Assembly: GCF_964204645.1 (NCBI RefSeq)
Contig: NC_134032.1
Span: 6,436,275 to 6,500,274 of the forward strand
DNA: 64,000 nt
Direction: 5' to 3'
Origin: Tubulanus polymorphus
Taxonomy: Eukaryota; Animalia; Nemertea
Shown here: positions 60,470 through 64,000 of the stretch, piece after piece
How the letters are laid out: every line of letters begins with the position of its first letter
Position numbering within the stretch: the first letter of the stretch is position 1
Program-made: the position numbers and the translations under genes
The notes under the pieces: generated by a model
Told to the model about the DNA's origin: nothing
Seen by the model: only the letters and a program-made list of their open reading frames with translations
The model's database searches: none

Positions 60470-60800
60470 TCGTTTGCGCGGATATTGCGCGACGAGCATT
60501 GTTGGCGCGGTCGACGACAGATCAACCGGTATTAGTAAACCGCGCAAATTACCGTGCTCGGAATTTGCGCGGGATCTTGGCACGGTCGACGACAGACCAA
60601 CCGGTATTAGTAAACCGCGCAAATTACCGTGCTCGGAACTTGCGCGGGATGTTGGCGCGGTCGACTACAGACCAACCGGTATTAGTAAACCGCGCAAATT
60701 ACCGTGCTCGGAACTTGCGCGGGATGTTGGCGCGGTAGGCCAACCGGTATTAGTATACCGCGCGAATTACCGTGCTCGGAACTATTAGTAAACTGCGCGA
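60470..60800. repeat. 75-bp GC-rich tandem repeat (about 4 copies), each with an internal hairpin
   Basis: Units start at 60501, 60576, 60651 and 60726; CCGCGCAAATT-ACCGTGCTCGG-AA(T/C)TTGCGCGG. Confidence 0.95.
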
Positions 60801-60944
60801 ATTAAACTGACGCGGTTGGTCAAATACGCGATAAATTAGTAATTATTATCATGTTAGACCTTAAGCTTATAAAATACGGCGCGGTCGCGGGAAAAATGAC
60901 GATAAAATCCGAACAAGTCCATTATTCTTAATTTACCGGGTGAT

Positions 60945-61190
60945 CAGTGTCCGTTATCATTAATTGACTAACTAGCGTTGACTTACTAATTTTAAGTGAC
61001 TTACTAGGCCGGGGTTTACGGTCCGATAATTTTAAGGGTTTATAAGGTCCGTTATCATTAATTGACTAACTAGTGGTTTAAGGTCCGATAATTTTAAGTG
61101 ACTTACTAGGCCGGCGTTTACGGGCCGATAATTTTAATGGTTTATAAGGTTTTATTGATAATTGACTAACTAGTAGCTTTAAGTCCGATT
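60945..61190. repeat. Modular degenerate repeat with about 100-bp period
   Basis: GTCCGTTATCATTAATTGACTAACTAG, CCGATAATTTTAA and TAAGTGACTTACTAGGCCGG each occur 2-3 times. Confidence 0.8.
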
Positions 61191-61340
61191 ATGGTGAATA
61201 ATATTAATTGCTAGTAGATAATTAGTCTAAGAACACCAAATAAATAGCTAGGCGATTTATTATCTCATTCAAATCCGTTTTATTCATCGTACAGTTCAGT
61301 TTCATCTACAATAGTTTCATCCGTTTTCCTGTATATCATT

Positions 61341-62956
61341 ATGCATGCAGCAGAGAGAAATGCATGGTTAGCCGTCGAACGAGCTTTGGACCGATATAAA
61401 ACTGTGTCGGGGAATGATTGCGTAGCAACGGCCATGTATTTTGACAGGAGTGAGGAAAAATGTCTGATGGTAGTGCATGGCACTCCAAAATTTAAGGATT
61501 TGATAAAAAAACATGGAATTCACCAGCGAGAAAGGGCAAGTCACATCAGTAGAAGAAAGTGAATCGAAAAAGACATTACCCAATATTACGGAAAAATATG
61601 GGAAGCGTCTAAGTCAACTCTCAACCGACGAGGCCAGAGGGCTACTTTCGTCGTTGGTATATTTTAGCCGCCAAATCGACGGAATGAGCAAGGAAGTTAA
61701 CCCCAAGTGGGGTAAAGAAGAAGCTAGGGTACCGTGGTGGCCATCGGAGTGGCCTTGGTCAAATCCGAAATCTGATGTCAGACCGAAAACGGCAAGACGG
61801 ACAAAGTGGGCCGATGCTGTAAGAGAAGCCTGCCGCGCGGCTTATAATCATCACAATCTGGTCCATCTTACTGGTAAGTAAAAAATATTATATTTCATCT
61901 TTTACGTAGGCTATCTTCTTATGAAAATTACATAATGTGCCGAGTAATTTTCATAACTTTCAAAGCCCGATTAAACACGAAAAACGCGCGCGACCGTTTT
62001 GCCGTTTCAATTTAAGTAGACCTACCCAGAAATATTTATTTCTAGGAAAATTAATTCAATATCTACGACTGTATTTTTTTTGTCATTTTTCTATGGGCGT
62101 AATAGAAAACTTAGGTGTCTCGTACCTATGCTTGTCAAATGACAAGAAAATTCAAAACCCAATCAATGAATCTAACTAAAGTGCCGCCAGACATAATTTC
62201 TTGAAAAATTTATTCATTCTAACGTCGGAATTTTGTATATTTTTGTTTTTAAAATTTGCTTCTTATTTAAATTTAAGGCGATACGACAGAGTTAGGCCTG
62301 CCAGTAATTCCAGCATCAGTAGTACGTCCAACACCAGCACCACGTCCCCGAGTAATCTCAGCTGTACCTACTGCAGAAACTTCAGCACCAGTAATAGTGC
62401 AGCCAATACCAGCGCCAGTAATAGTACAGCCAATACCAGCACCAAGAAAACAGGGCCCATTTGATTCTGCAGAAGTTGAGCAACAGTTGTTGGATTTTGT
62501 AGACAATGGATCAGTGGGAGAAGTAGTAAGCTTCGACTGCTCTGCACTTGAAGGTATTATTGAATTAAGATAAAGTAATATTGAATTGTGATCATTGAGT
62601 GTTGTATAGATTCATGTGCATTCCTTTCCAAATTTTGTTATTTTCCATATATTTGTATTTTAGAAGCGTTCCATTCAACTGCAATGACTAACCAGCTCCA
62701 GACAAGCAACAGTGATGTGTCGACTGCAGTGTCTCAGTCTGTGGAAAATGTACCAGAAGGTAAATATAGTCAACTTTATAAGCAGGGGCTTGAGAGAGTT
62801 CTATAATACCGTGGTGTCATCATTGCCCAGAATAGGATTTTGCTTAAAATAAGCTTTTTGTGAAAAATATTTATATGTTTTTCAGAAATAAGATGCAGTA
62901 GCAGAAAGAGAAAGCTGACAGAGAAGATGTCATCATACCAAATTAAAAGAAAATGA
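61341..62956 (+). CDS. Four-exon gene for a divergent NRF1/EWG-like DNA-binding protein (exons 61341-61873, 62278-62553, 62664-62759, 62886-62956); one frameshift in an A7 run at 61505-61511
   Basis: RALDRYKTVSG...VHGTPKFKDLIKK and PKWGKEEARVPWWPSEWPWSNPKSDVR...WADAVREACRAAYNHH match NRF1 motifs recalled as ATLDEYTTRVG, VFGAAPLENVVRK and PGWGKESCKPIWWPEDIPWANVRSDVR...WTQALRTIVKNCYKQH. GT-AG phase-1 introns, open exons of 276 and 96 nt, basic tail RKRKL, AATAAA near 62992. Confidence 0.8.
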
Positions 62957-63256
62957 GAATTCTGTTGTTATTATAATGTAAATTTTTTCAAAATAAAATA
63001 TTTGAAGTAACGTACATAAATTTCCTTCCTTCGGTAATTGTAGACTTGTTGACATGTGATCACCACTTAAAGGACTCAAATGACAACACAGTAGCAGAAT
63101 ATAGAGAAAATGCTAGACCAGCAGAGCACTTTAATCCTGTGATCTACCAATAAGTCATTAATTTTATAACATCACTGCAAATTTATTTCCTTTTAACAAT
63201 TAAGTAATACAGCTCATAATCCTGAAGTGTTAGAGCATATAATCCACTTGACACAT

Positions 63257-63950
63257 TTAAGATAGTTTTTTACCACGGTTCTTGATTGCCAGAAACAATG
63301 CAATGTGGCGTATGAAGTTTTCCTGAGACATATATGCTAGCTGAGATTTCAACTTTATTAATCCAGCATTAGCTTGTTCATTCAATTGGGAAATAATACT
63401 TCTGATGTCATGGTTGGTATGATAAGTATCCACACAGTATGCTTTTGAACAACTGAAAAGAAAACATACATAAACATATAACAACAATTGGCAGTTGAAC
63501 AATGTTATAATTGTAGGGCAAGAAATGTTTTGAATGTATTGATCCACAGCTAGATTTTCGTAGTAACTGAAAATGTTTCGTAGTATTTAGAAATGTTCTT
63601 AATGTTGTTTCCGTATGCGTGGGGGTTACGTTAAAGCCGTCAGACAAGAACGTACTAGTAGTAAGAATTACGAAAGTTCTTGTTTGATGCTTTCATCTAC
63701 CAACGCAAACCATAAATCAGTCTATAAACAACAATTCTTTCTCGGTTCTTCTGCTTGAGATCTGGCAAACATTCAGAAAATCTTTATTTAAAACTTTTAA
63801 ATAGTTGGAACCATATTTGGTTGGGTCGGAACAATGTGTATTTATAATGAGGGTCGTGAAGGGATCACGCTGATACTTGATGATATTCCCAGCTACTTTC
63901 CGTAAAAGGAAAAACCGGAAGTTTAGGAAGATGTGGTTGTTTTGCTTATC
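63257..63950 (-). pseudogene. 3' part of a KDZ (Kyakuja-Dileera-Zisupton)-type transposase gene, decayed; probably continues beyond the window
   Basis: Terminal exon 63452-63257 after a TTTTCAG acceptor: CSKAY...SQLNEQANAGL..LKSQLAYMSQENF..H..LFL..KN; weak upstream traces (PFTTL, VDQ.H..H) with frameshifts. Confidence 0.65.
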
Positions 63951-64000
63951 CTGTATTAAAATAGAATTAGTTAAATTGTAGATAAAATAATTAGTATAAG

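Noticed and set aside
60470-60800. Hairpin repeats as a CRISPR array or as coding ORFs
   Set aside because: Sequence between hairpins is repeated, not unique; the ORFs arise because 75 is a multiple of 3.
61341-62956. Naming the gene nrf1/ewg
   Set aside because: It is far more divergent than true orthologues, which are strongly conserved across animals, and it lacks their recognisable flanking regions.

Overview
AT-rich, repeat-dense eukaryotic (invertebrate animal-like) genomic DNA; no rRNA, intact tRNA or CRISPR array seen. Host-type genes: a 384-codon minus-strand ORF with Ser-Tyr-Asp/Glu-Met repeats that runs off the left edge (1..1154, absent from the supplied ORF track), a candidate TATA/CCAAT/E-box promoter at about 9.1 kb, and an intronless class A GPCR (31527..32474). 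Mobile DNA: an intact, very young BEL/Pao LTR retrotransposon (9938..16011); an RTE-X-like LINE with an esterase ORF1, split by a 6.3-kb unclassified TIR element that itself holds a 444-bp palindrome with two hammerhead ribozyme motifs; remnants of a Polinton/Maverick-like element, Gypsy, CR1/L2 and Penelope elements; several MITEs and minisatellites. The best candidate for an undescribed system is at the right end (60.3-64 kb): a spliced gene for a divergent NRF1/EWG-type DNA-binding protein, convergent with a decayed KDZ-type transposase and preceded by 75-bp hairpin repeats that each carry a split NRF1-like site (CGCGCA-N19-TGCGCG). All family assignments come from motif recognition by eye, not from database searches.
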